From positions 90,001-122,000 of the forward strand of contig BAAFHK010000003.1 of assembly GCA_042852035.1 (NCBI GenBank): a stretch of DNA of 32,000 nt, given 5' to 3'. Shown here one piece after another: positions 19,803-28,386 of the stretch. Numbering within the stretch: position 1 is the stretch's first letter; every line of letters begins with the position of its first letter. The translations under genes and the position numbers were made by a program. Source of the DNA: Candidatus Saccharimonadota bacterium. GTDB lineage: Bacteria > Patescibacteriota > Gracilibacteria > BD1-5 > UBA2023. The notes under the pieces were generated by a model. It had not been told where the DNA came from. It saw nothing but the letters and a program-made list of their open reading frames with translations, and did no database searches.

Positions 19803-20327
19803 TTACTCCCCCGACCCGACGACAACTTTAGCATGACGAAGAACTCTGTCTCCTATAGTATACCCCTTTTCAAATTCTTGAACAATTTTTCCCTCTGGTC
19901 CAGGCGCTTGAGTCATCACATCATGCCTATCAGGATTCACCTCTTCACCTACTGAATTAAATGACTTCACTCCCTGGGATTCAAGGTATTTCTGCATTCA
20001 ACTAAGGACAGTACGAACCCCGTCAATGAATCCATCTCCCTCAATTCATTCCTTAAGTTTCACTGCCCGTTCGAGATTATCAACCTCCTTAAGGAGTGGG
20101 AGGACAATTTTTGCTGAAAGAAAAGAAATCATCTCAACCTTATCACGATCAACTCGCATAAGAAGATTTTGGTAGTCAGCCTGCGATCGGGCAAGTGCAT
20201 CTTTCAGTCGTTGTACCTCATCTTCACTGGAAGGAGTAGCGCCTTGAGCATCAGGCTCTTGAGTTACTATTTCCTCAAGGACTTCTTCAACGTTTTTTGG
20301 ATCTGTATTTTGTGTTTGATCAGACAT
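19803..20327 (-). CDS. grpE: Nucleotide exchange factor GrpE
   Basis: Track ORFs 19803-19997 and 20046-20327 are in the same frame and join through two TGA codons. The sequence reads ...QRLKDALARSQADYQNLLMRVDRDK...LLKEVDNLERA...FNSVGEEVNPDRHDVMTQ...GYTIGDRVLRHAKVVV. Confidence 0.9.
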
Positions 20328-20466
20328 ATATGCGTATTATTTTAATGATATTATAGAAGTATTAGAGTGAAAAAGAGAAATCCCTTTTAGGATCATTTCA
20401 TGAGAACGGAAGTTTGAAGCTCTCACAAAAGAAAGAAAAAGGGACCCTTAGAGATACAGAGTAAAA

Positions 20467-21054
20467 TTATACTTGTGGCTTCTTAGGAGAAACCTTCTTT
20501 ACTGGAGTTTTTTTGGGAGCCTTATTATTTGCTGGAGAAGCTGATGAAACCGATTCATTTTGTGCCTGAATCTTAGACTTCATTGTATCTCTCAGTGAAG
20601 TGAGTTTCGATCTTGCAACATCTATCCAAGCAACCACTGTATCTGTAGTGGTATCAGCAAGGGCCATACCCTTTTCTTTCGCTTCATCGAGAAGGGCTTC
20701 TTTTTCTGAGAAAAATTCATCAACCTTTCCTTCAATCACATCTTTTTTTGTTTCTCATCTATTTTTTAGAGAATCGAGAAATGCTTCTGCCTCATCAGCT
20801 ACACCATCGATGATACTGCTCACTTTTACTTTAAGAGAATCAAAATCATGCACATCTGAAAAATGGGTTGAGACATATGCCTTTACATCCTTATAGGTGG
20901 TCTCATGAATATCTTTTACTTCTTCAACGAGTTTATCAAGCGTGGTTTTACGAGGATCTGTAGAATCAAGTTTTGATTGTCCAGCATCTTTACGCACCTT
21001 CATCGCAACCGCAAGTCAGGCAGCATATCCTGCAAGGAGTGTAAAAAGTCTCAT
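20467..21054 (-). CDS. Hypothetical membrane-anchored helical protein (YtxH-like) with a Lys/Pro-rich tail
   Basis: Track ORFs 20467-20739 and 20755-21003 are in the same frame. The frame extends upstream to ATG 21054, giving MRLFTLLAGYAA[G]LAVAMKVRKDAG... The rest is charged helical sequence ending in ...NNKAPKKTPVKKVSPKKPQV. Confidence 0.55.
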
Positions 21055-21120
21055 ATTATTTACAGTTAATAATAAATGCTTCGTATGTACGGTTTTTTCA
21101 CCATGATTTGAAGTGACGGC

Positions 21121-21148
21121 ATTATAGTGAAAAAGTGGATTTTTTCAA
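21121..21148 (-). promoter_or_regulatory. Candidate sigma-70 promoter (TTGAAA-16 nt-TATAAT on the minus strand) for the YtxH-like gene
   Basis: The minus strand reads tgaTTGAAAaaatccactttttcacTATAATgccgtc, starting just downstream of the pepP stop and about 65 nt upstream of ATG 21054. Confidence 0.4.
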
Positions 21149-21151
21149 TCA

Positions 21152-22327
21152 TTATTTCGGGATTTCACGAGAGAGCACTTCACACCCATCTCGGGTAATA
21201 AGGATATCGTCTTCGATTCTTACGCCTATAGCTTCATCTCTCAGATAAATTCCTGGCTCCACAGTGATTAGCATTCATGGTTCTAAGATACTGGAACGAT
21301 CCCCACTATCATGAACATCCAATCAAAGAAAGTGACTCATACGATGGGGGAAGTATTTTCTCGAAAGCAAGTCCCGTTCTTCTCGATTGATATTCTTCGG
21401 AAGAAATCAAAGTTCTTCTAGATGTCTATTCATAATTTCTCGCATAATACCCTCATGTTCATCCCAAGTTCTTCATGGCTTTATAGAATCTATTGCCTCT
21501 GATTGAACGTGTTTGACGGCATCATAGATTTCTCTCTTACGAGCAGATATTTCTCCTTTCATAAAAGTGCGAGTAATATCAGCGGCATATCACTCAAATT
21601 CTGCACCCGTATCAATAAGTATAAAGTCTCCCTCATCAATCTTTCTCGAATATCATGTATAATGAAGCATACAGGCATTTGATCCACTCGCAACAATAGT
21701 AGAATAAGCTTCGGTACAACCATGACTTCTATAGATTGAGGCTATATCTCCCTCAATTTCTCGTTCAAAAGAGTATGTATTGATATTCTTCTGGATAACA
21801 TCAAGGGCTATCTTTGTCACGGTAATTGCTTGCCTCATTTTCTCAATTTCTTCTTCTGTTTTCCTCATACGAAGAGGAAGAATAAGATTATCTAGGGTAA
21901 CGAATTTATTCCTATATTTCATAAATCATTGTTCGAGTAATTTTTCGTCACTTCTTCTTACATAGATGCTTCCTGCATCTTTCATGGCATTATCAATATC
22001 GCCTTCCCATTCATCGAGACTCCGAACCTGAGAAATTCATGATTTTTCTCGGATTTCTTCATAAGAAATACGGTTTGTGCCCCAAATTTTTTCTTTTTCA
22101 GATATTGGATCACTGTAGATTATCCATTCAATTTTTGATCCCTGATTTCGAGCAATGACTTTTATATCAGGGATATTTAATCCCGTAAGAAGGAGAAAGT
22201 CTGAATCTTGCCTAAAAGGATAAAAAACATCTCCATTTCGGAGAATTTCACCTTTCCCGATTAATAGGAGAAGTGAGTTATTGGGGAGGCTTTTCTCAAG
22301 TATTTTTCGCTTTTTGTCAGCTATCAT
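21152..22327 (-). CDS. pepP: Xaa-Pro aminopeptidase (M24B family, PepP-like)
   Basis: Track ORFs 21653-21922 and 22037-22516 are in the same frame, and the gene continues through TGA codons to TAA 21152. The sequence reads ...[14 protein letters not shown]...[12 protein letters not shown][G][20 protein letters not shown][G]YAADITRTF...HFL[G]LDVHD...ITVEPGIY...[12 protein letters not shown] placed the start at ATG 22327 ([10 protein letters not shown]), not at the track's TTG at 22516. Confidence 0.85.
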
Positions 22328-22388
22328 AGTCTTGATACTACGAAAAAATAAGTAAAATGGAAGAGCTTTATCTATTATGAGCCATTCT

Positions 22389-22694
22389 ATGGATACCGTT
22401 TCTGGAATAAATGAAGGACCCAGAGAAATCGAAAGAAGAAGGTTCCTTACCAAAGCCTTAGGTGGAATGGTAAGTGCAATAATCTCCTCACAAATAAAAG
22501 CCTGAACTTTACCCAAAGAGGAGCCTGATTATATTAATTGACTTGCCAAAGCAGAGGCATGAGCTGAGCTTATAAAACTCAGTGATGAGGAGCTCGAATC
22601 TGCTCGAAATGGAAAAAGAACTCCAAAACTCGTAACATCCATCCTTGAGCGGGTCTTGTTAAAATTAAAACGTGGAAGCCTAACATCAGCATAA
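22389..22694 (+). CDS. Hypothetical small protein with a twin-arginine (Tat)-like signal sequence
   Basis: With TGA=Gly the plus frame is open: MDTVSGINEGPREIERRRFLTKALGGMVSAIISSQIKA[G]TLPKEEPDYIN[G]LAKAEA[G]AELIKLSDEELESARNGKRTPKLVTSILERVLLKLKRGSLTSA. The RRRFLTK motif plus a hydrophobic stretch resembles the S/T-R-R-x-F-L-K Tat motif. In-frame ATG codons at 22356 and 22377 are alternative starts. Confidence 0.35.
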
Positions 22695-22703
22695 ATCTAA
22701 AGT

Positions 22704-22736
22704 TCTTACTTGACTCTTACCGGAATGTGATAGAGT
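22704..22736 (+). promoter_or_regulatory. Box A: direct-repeat operator plus -10 (TCTTAC-N5-TCTTAC-N10-TAGAGT) upstream of the adaptor/ABC operon
   Basis: The site reads TCTTACttgacTCTTACcggaatgtgaTAGAGT and ends 22 nt before ATG 22759. Three other sites share the same architecture (26886, 27392, 28182). Confidence 0.55.
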
Positions 22737-22758
22737 AGAACCATCATAAAAAAACACT

Positions 22759-24975
22759 ATGCGTAAATCACGTTGGGCTATCGCATGAGCGATATTGCTC
22801 ATATGAGGTGGGGGATACTGGTACTATGCTTCGAAAAAGACAACAACCAACCAGAGTGGAACACAAGTCGCTATAGTCAGTCGTGGAAGTATTTCAACTA
22901 CCGTAAAAACAACTGGAAAAATATCACCCGTACAAACAAGCGTCCTTTCTTTTACACGACAGGGCACTGTAACAAAGATAAATAAAAAAATTGGTGAAAA
23001 TATTAAAGCGGGCGATGTTATTGCTGAGGTAGATGCGACTGATGCTTACATGGACATCAAAAGCGCACAGATATCCCTAGATAATGCCAATAACAACTAC
23101 ACTAAACTTTTTGATAGCGCAACAGAATGAGACAAAACTAAGGCAAAAAATACCCTCGAGGAGAGTCGCAATACTCTTAAACTTCTTGAGGCTGAATATG
23201 AGAATTTTCTAGTGTCACAAAAGAATGCAATTATTGAAAATGAACTACAAATTTCCCTCCTCGATGAAAAAATGAAGCTGGCTGAAAGCGATTTGGAATA
23301 TACAAGAAAAAATCTTGATACCACCAATGATATCTCGAATCTTGAGCGAGATATTGCAAACTCCTATATTTCTATAGAGGAAGTTGCTCGATTTTTTCCG
23401 ACTACATTTTCGAGTATTAAAAACCTTACCTACATCGACAATAAATCGGCTGAACGTTATGGCGATTTCGGAAGTAAAAATAGCTATCAAAAAGTTCAGA
23501 TGGAGAAACTTACTCTAAGTATCTCAGGGAGTCTTGCAAGTTTCGAGAAAAATCTTTCTTTGCTGAGAACGAAAGAAACACATTGACTCGATGAAGTTCT
23601 CGCTCTTCTTACGACGAGTAGAAGTTTACTTCAAGATATGAATACGCTGTCGGCTCAGGCTGTTGAAACCTATGACAATACCCCCACTGGTATACCATTT
23701 TCTGACACCGATATAGATGATGCTCAAAGCGAACTTCGCACCCTCTGATCGAGCATCTCTACAAAATTATCATCCCTTAATTCTACCTATACCACTCTCA
23801 AAAACTATTGATCAGATGAAATAGAATCCCTTTCCAATAAAAACACCATCGCAAGCAAAGAACAATCTCTTCAGAGTGCAAAAAATGAATTAGCAAAAGC
23901 AAAAAGAAGTTTGGAAGCCCTAAAATCCTCTCAAAATACAGATCGTATCTCAAAACAGAATGAAATAACTCGAGCAAGAAATACTGTTACTTCAAATGAG
24001 CTTACTTACAATGAACTAATGAATGGACCTACTTCTGTAGACCAAAAAAGTGCAAGAAACAATATCGCAAGTGCGAATATATCTCTCTCTAAGGCATATC
24101 TCTCACTTAAAGATTATCAAATCGTTGCTCCATTTGATGGGATTGTGAATGATATTCCTTGGAAAATCGGAGACACATCTACAACCAATGAATGAATACT
24201 CATTGAAAACAAAAATGCCTATGAGATATCTCTTCTTCTCGATCAAATTGATATCGTAAAAGTTACAGCATGAATGAATGCAAAAATTACCTTAGATGCA
24301 TTCCCAAGTGAAACATATACAGGAACCATAAGTCGTGTAAGCGCTGTTCCTACTGAAACTTCTGGTGTAGTATCTTATGAAGCAATTGTAGAACTTTCTA
24401 TACCGAGAAATGATGTTTACTCAAAAATGAGCACCACCGTGGAAATAATTCTTACTCAAAAAGATAATATTCCCACTCTTCCATCTTCGGCAATTACAAC
24501 GTCTTGAGGGAAGTCCTATGTAAATAAAGTTACTGATATGGAGTCACTTCGCGGAACCATGATGAATGGCTCACAAAGTGGAAGTGGAAGAATGCGGCCC
24601 GAAGGATTTTCTGGAGTAACGAGATTTGGAAGTGGAAAAACCGTTTCATGAGAAAAAAATGTGTGAGCCCCTGAATCAAAGACTCTCACATGAATGAATA
24701 TATCTTGAAGTGGAAATTTAAGAAATCGTAGTTCCTCACGATCAGATACTATTAATATTGGAACCGTAACAATTCCAACCGAAAAAATCGAGGTAACTCT
24801 CGGAGTAACCAATGGTGAGAAAACAGAAATTCTCTCATGACTTTCTCTCTGAGATGCAGTAGTTCTCCCAACAACCACTTCAACATCTAAAAGTGCCAGT
24901 TCAAGCACCAAAAGTAGTACCTCTACTACTCGTTCACAATGAGGACTTGGCGCCTGAGGACCACCACCATTCTAA
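22759..24975 (+). CDS. HlyD/MacA-family periplasmic adaptor (membrane fusion protein), unusually long at 738 aa
   Basis: Hand translation with about 20 TGA=Gly codons gives MRKSRWAIA[G]AILLI[G]GGGYWYY (membrane anchor), ...VSRGSISTTVKTTGKISPVQTSVLSF...GTVTKINKKIGENIKAGDVIAEVD (lipoyl half), then about 360 aa of helical sequence. It continues ...YQIVAPFDGIVNDI (second lipoyl half), a beta-barrel region, ...EILS[G]LSL[G]DAVVL, and a Ser/Thr/Gly tail ending at TAA 24973-24975. Confidence 0.85.
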
Positions 24976-24981
24976 AATCTT

Positions 24982-25650
24982 ATGCTCGAACTCAAAAACA
25001 TAACTAAATATTTTGATCTCTGAGATTCAAAGATACAAATACTTAAATGAATCAATCTAACTATCACTGATGGTGAATTCGTTGCAATCATGTGACCATC
25101 TGGAAGCGGGAAATCTACTCTCATGAATATTATCTGACTCCTCGATAAGCCCACTACTGGTACCTATCTTCTTGATGGAAGGAATACGCTCAACCTCTCT
25201 GATAACGAAGAGGCAGAATTTCGCGGAAAAAAAATTGGTTTCATCTTCCAGGGATACAACCTCATTCCCCGGCTTACTGCCCTCGAACAAGTTATGCTTC
25301 CTCTTGATTATCAATGAATAGGGGCAAAAGAAAAAGAACAACTCGCCAAGCATGCTCTCGATCGTATGTGACTTTCAGAAAAATATTACAGCATACCAAC
25401 AAAGCTCTCATGAGGTCAACAACAACGTGTAGCAATAGCTCGAGCTATCGTAACTTCACCTTCTGTTCTTCTCGCTGATGAACCCACAGGCGCTCTCGAC
25501 TCAAAAACTGGAAAAGAAGTTCTCGATATTTTTGAGTCCCTAAATAGGGAAGGTCGAACCGTTATACTTATTACGCATGACCCAACTGTAGGTGCACGAG
25601 CAAAGCGCGTGATTAAGCTTTTCGATGGAAATATAGAAACTGACAATTAA
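24982..25650 (+). CDS. ABC transporter ATP-binding protein, MacB/LolD type
   Basis: The sequence reads [11 protein letters not shown]...GEFVAIM[G][13 protein letters not shown][G]LLD...[10 protein letters not shown]...LS[G][11 protein letters not shown]...[11 protein letters not shown]...ITHD. The Walker A Gly (25093-25095) and the signature-motif Gly (25411-25413) are both encoded by TGA. Confidence 0.92.
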
Positions 25651-25659
25651 CTGATTATT

Positions 25660-26877
25660 ATGCAACTTACACGCATCCTCAGCCATGCATTTCGTAATAT
25701 GAGAGCCAATAAGCTCCGAGCTGGACTTTCATCCCTTGGGATTATAATTGGGGTATTTTCTGTCGTAGTACTTCTAGCAGTTGGGCAAGGAGCTACAAAA
25801 AGTATCGTTGATCGCGTCTCTTCGCTCTGAACGAATCTTCTTACAGTAAGACCATGAAGTCAGAATTCTTGAGATGTTCGCAGACAATGATGAGGAAATC
25901 AGAAAGTATTTACCCTAGAACATATTGATGTTATTAAAAATATTGACCATGTATCGTGAGTCTCTCCGATAGTGAACACCTCTAAACAAGTTATCTATGA
26001 AAACGCAAACTCAACTGTTACAATTTATGGTGTAGCACCCCAGTATGAAACAATTAACAATACCCCGGTTACAAACGGGACATTCATTACCGAAAATGCT
26101 TATAATAATCGAGAAAAGGTTGCTGTTATAGGCCCTACCGTAGTTACAAATCTCTTTAGTGGTACAGATCCTATATGAAAAACTATTCGTGTTTGAAATG
26201 TTCTTTTTACTGTGGTAGGAATCACAAAATCGAAAGGAACGAGCGGTTTTAATGACCCAGATAATGCTCTCTATGTTCCTCTTACTACCGCTCAAATCTC
26301 ACTTCTCGGATCAAATTATCTTTCAACCATCAATGTTCAAATCGATAGTGAATCGAATATGGATAGTGCAAAGGAAGCTATCAATACAGCTCTTCTTGGT
26401 GCACTAAAAATTACCGATACCTCAAAGGCAAATTTCACAATATCAAGCCAAGCTGATACTCTTGATACACTCTCAAGCATTACGACAACACTCAAGACAT
26501 TTCTTTGAGGAATAGCCGCTATTTCTCTGATAGTATGAGGAATCTGAGTCATGAATATTCTTTTAGTTACTGTTTCAGAACGGACGAAAGAAATTGGAAT
26601 CAGAAAGGCCATAGGAGCAAAAAATCGAGATATTATTGAGCAATTTCTTGTGGAATCGGTTCTCCTTACCGTTATGGGATGATTTATTGGGATTATTCTT
26701 TCATTTGGAATCGTGAAAATCATCACCCTCGTAACTACAGCAATTACTCCAGTTATTACGAGCTCTCAGATTCTTCTTGCTCTATCATTTTCTATAGGAA
26801 CTGGACTTTTTTTTGGGATTTTTCCAGCATACAAGGCAGCAAAAATGCGACCAATAGATGCACTCAGAAGTGAATAG
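25660..26877 (+). CDS. ABC transporter permease, MacB/FtsX type
   Basis: The sequence reads [36 protein letters not shown]... followed by a large extracytoplasmic domain. It then continues ...TFL[G]GIAAISLIV[G]GI[G][29 protein letters not shown]...[18 protein letters not shown] and ends at TAG 26875-26877. Confidence 0.9.
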
Positions 26878-26885
26878 TATTTTTC

Positions 26886-26918
26886 TCTTACTTTAAACTT
26901 ACTCAAATTCGATAAGCT
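26886..26918 (+). promoter_or_regulatory. Box D: direct-repeat operator plus -10 (TCTTAC-N5-ACTTAC-N10-TAAGCT) upstream of the lipoprotein gene
   Basis: The site reads TCTTACtttaaACTTACtcaaattcgaTAAGCT. It starts 9 nt after the permease stop and ends 21 nt before ATG 26940. Confidence 0.5.
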
Positions 26919-26939
26919 GGTATTACCTTAATAATTAAT

Positions 26940-27368
26940 ATGCTTATGAAAAATACAAATTTTTCCCCAATACTTCTCTTCGTTCTCTCATCTATAATTC
27001 TCACTTCTTGTACAGGCACTGGAAGTAATACCATAGGAACAAGCAATACAACCCCTTCAAATACTTCTAGCACATCGAACTCCTCTTCGTCTTCAAGTAC
27101 AAAAAAAACCATAAGCTACCGCACTGATCATGGAAAACACTCAGTAAATGTAACCTTTGATATATCGACAACAATTGACGGAACTATTACTGGAGTAAAA
27201 GCGAATATGAACAGTGGTGATCATGAAAGCGCTGAATATATTGCTCGATTCAATAATGCTGCTACCAAAAAAATTGTTGGCCAAAAAATTTCTTCACTCT
27301 CTCTCTCAAGTGTTGGTGGAGCAAGTGATACAACAGATGCATTCCTTAGTGTCATACCTTCAATCTAA
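26940..27368 (+). CDS. Lipoprotein (142 aa) with a Ser/Thr-rich linker and a possible FMN_bind-like C-terminal domain
   Basis: The intact ORF begins MLMKNTNFSPILLFVLSSIILTS-C (signal peptide plus lipobox) and is followed by TGTGSNTIGTSNTTPSNTSSTSNSSSSSS. It ends ...IVGQKISSLSLSSVGGASDTTDAFLSVI, which resembles the SGA[ST] end of FMN-binding domains. Confidence 0.7.
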   Translation: MLMKNTNFSPILLFVLSSIILTSCTGTGSNTIGTSNTTPSNTSSTSNSSSSSSTKKTISYRTDHGKHSVNVTFDISTTIDGTITGVKANMNSGDHESAEYIARFNNAATKKIVGQKISSLSLSSVGGASDTTDAFLSVIPSI

Positions 27369-27391
27369 AATCCCTCTCTTCGAGGGATTTT
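27367..27391 (+). terminator. Rho-independent terminator after the lipoprotein gene
   Basis: The RNA is AAAAUCCCUC-UCUUC-GAGGGAUUUU, overlapping the TAA stop. The T-tract is short. Confidence 0.55.
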
Positions 27392-27424
27392 CCTTACCCC
27401 TCTCTTACGAAGAAATCTTATAAT
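27392..27424 (+). promoter_or_regulatory. Box B: direct-repeat operator plus -10 (CCTTAC-N5-TCTTAC-N10-TATAAT) upstream of the secreted repeat protein gene
   Basis: The site reads CCTTACccctcTCTTACgaagaaatctTATAAT and directly follows the terminator. The predicted leader to ATG 27536 is about 105 nt. Confidence 0.5.
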
Positions 27425-27535
27425 TGTTTATGTAATCTCGATATCTCACTGACGGAAGGAACAATATACTATCGTTCATATCTTCCCGAGAGATCTCTAC
27501 GGATTACGGGATTTTATTACTTAACTTATAATCAT

Positions 27536-28111
27536 ATGAATACAAAAATCCTTGTTCCCGCCGTCCTCGTCACAGCACTTACTGTCGCAGTAGCAGGAAC
27601 ATTCGCCGCCACTGGTTCAAATTCTTCTAATTGAAATAGTTCAGTTCCTGGACAAATTTCTGAAAATGGTTGAGAAAGAATGGGGTGACATAGAGGTGGA
27701 CCAATGGGAGGTCCGATGAACGAACTTTCCGATGCAGAAAAGACATCCCTTGAGTCTATGACCAATACTGAAAAACAAGCCTTTTTTCAAAAAAAACGAA
27801 CTGAAGCTGAAGCAAAGCGAAGCGCTCATGAAGCAGTCATCGATAAGCTTCTTGCAGGTACAGCACTCACGACTGACGAAGAATCACTAAGGCAGGATAT
27901 AATCAAAGAAAGGGCTGAGATGAAAACAAAACGCGCTGAGATGGAAGCAAAGCGTACACAATTTGAGGCAATTCTGGAAAAACAAAAGGCAGGAACTACA
28001 CTTACTCAAGACGAGCAGAAAATTTTAGATGATATGCCAAAAATGCAATGACCTGGTTGAAGAGGCGGTCATATGAAGTGAGAAACGGATACAACCTCAT
28101 CTGCTGAGTAA
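27536..28111 (+). CDS. Secreted helical repeat protein (191 aa), function unknown
   Basis: Track ORF 27704-28051 extends both ways through TGA codons. The N-terminus is MNTKILVPAVLVTALTVAVAGTFA (signal peptide), followed by a Gly-rich stretch with several TGA codons. Two related repeats follow: KRSAHEAVIDKLLAGTALTTDEESLRQDII and KRTQFEAILEKQKAGTTLTQDEQKILDDM. Confidence 0.65.
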
Positions 28112-28148
28112 GTACTCAGTCTCAGGAAAAACGGAAGAAATATATAGG

Positions 28149-28177
28149 AAAATCCCACAATCTTGTGGGATTTTTAT
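28149..28177 (+). terminator. Rho-independent terminator after the secreted repeat protein gene
   Basis: The RNA is AAAAUCCCACA-AUCU-UGUGGGAUUUU followed by UAUUUCUUC. Confidence 0.7.
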
Positions 28178-28181
28178 TTCT

Positions 28182-28214
28182 TCTTACTCGGCTCTTACAA
28201 ATTCAGCGTACAAT
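28182..28214 (+). promoter_or_regulatory. Box C: direct-repeat operator plus -10 (TCTTAC-N5-TCTTAC-N10-TACAAT) upstream of the small ORF / response regulator / kinase operon
   Basis: The site reads TCTTACtcggcTCTTACaaattcagcgTACAAT. The -10 ends 6 nt before ATG 28221, so the predicted transcription start coincides with that ATG. Confidence 0.55.
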
Positions 28215-28220
28215 AATATC

Positions 28221-28364
28221 ATGAAGAAAATCATACTTCTCATGTTTATAGGATTTCTCTCGATCATCTCTCAAGAAGTTTTTCTAACCGATTGACTCGA
28301 TGATGAAACCTCTGAAATCCAGGTTTATAAAAGCCGAATTGAATCTTTCCAGTTTGAACTATAA
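28221..28364 (+). CDS. Small ORF (47 aa) with a signal-peptide-like N-terminus, possibly leaderless
   Basis: The sequence is MKKIILLMFIGFLSIISQEVFLTD[G]LDDETSEIQVYKSRIESFQFEL with one TGA, ending at TAA 28362-28364, 22 nt before the response regulator ATG. Confidence 0.3.
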
Positions 28365-28386
28365 TATATAATATAAAATCAATTAT

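Noticed and set aside
20328-20466. A CIRCE (HrcA) heat-shock operator upstream of grpE.
   Set aside because: Only a partial GAGTG half-site is present (ttagagtg). There is no TTAGCACTC-N9-GAGTGCTAA inverted repeat. A TATAAT-like -10 exists, but no convincing operator.
22445-22460. A fifth operator-like repeat, CTTACcaaagcCTTAG, with 11-bp periodicity.
   Set aside because: The second repeat is imperfect, no TAnnnT hexamer sits 10 nt downstream, and the site lies inside the candidate small ORF rather than in front of a gene.
22328-22516. The 63-codon N-terminal extension of pepP shown in the ORF track (22037-22516).
   Set aside because: It needs a TTG start and its sequence is unlike the AMP_N domain. 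The ATG at 22327 gives a canonical PepP N-terminus (…[14 protein letters not shown]). The opposite strand carries a more plausible small ORF.
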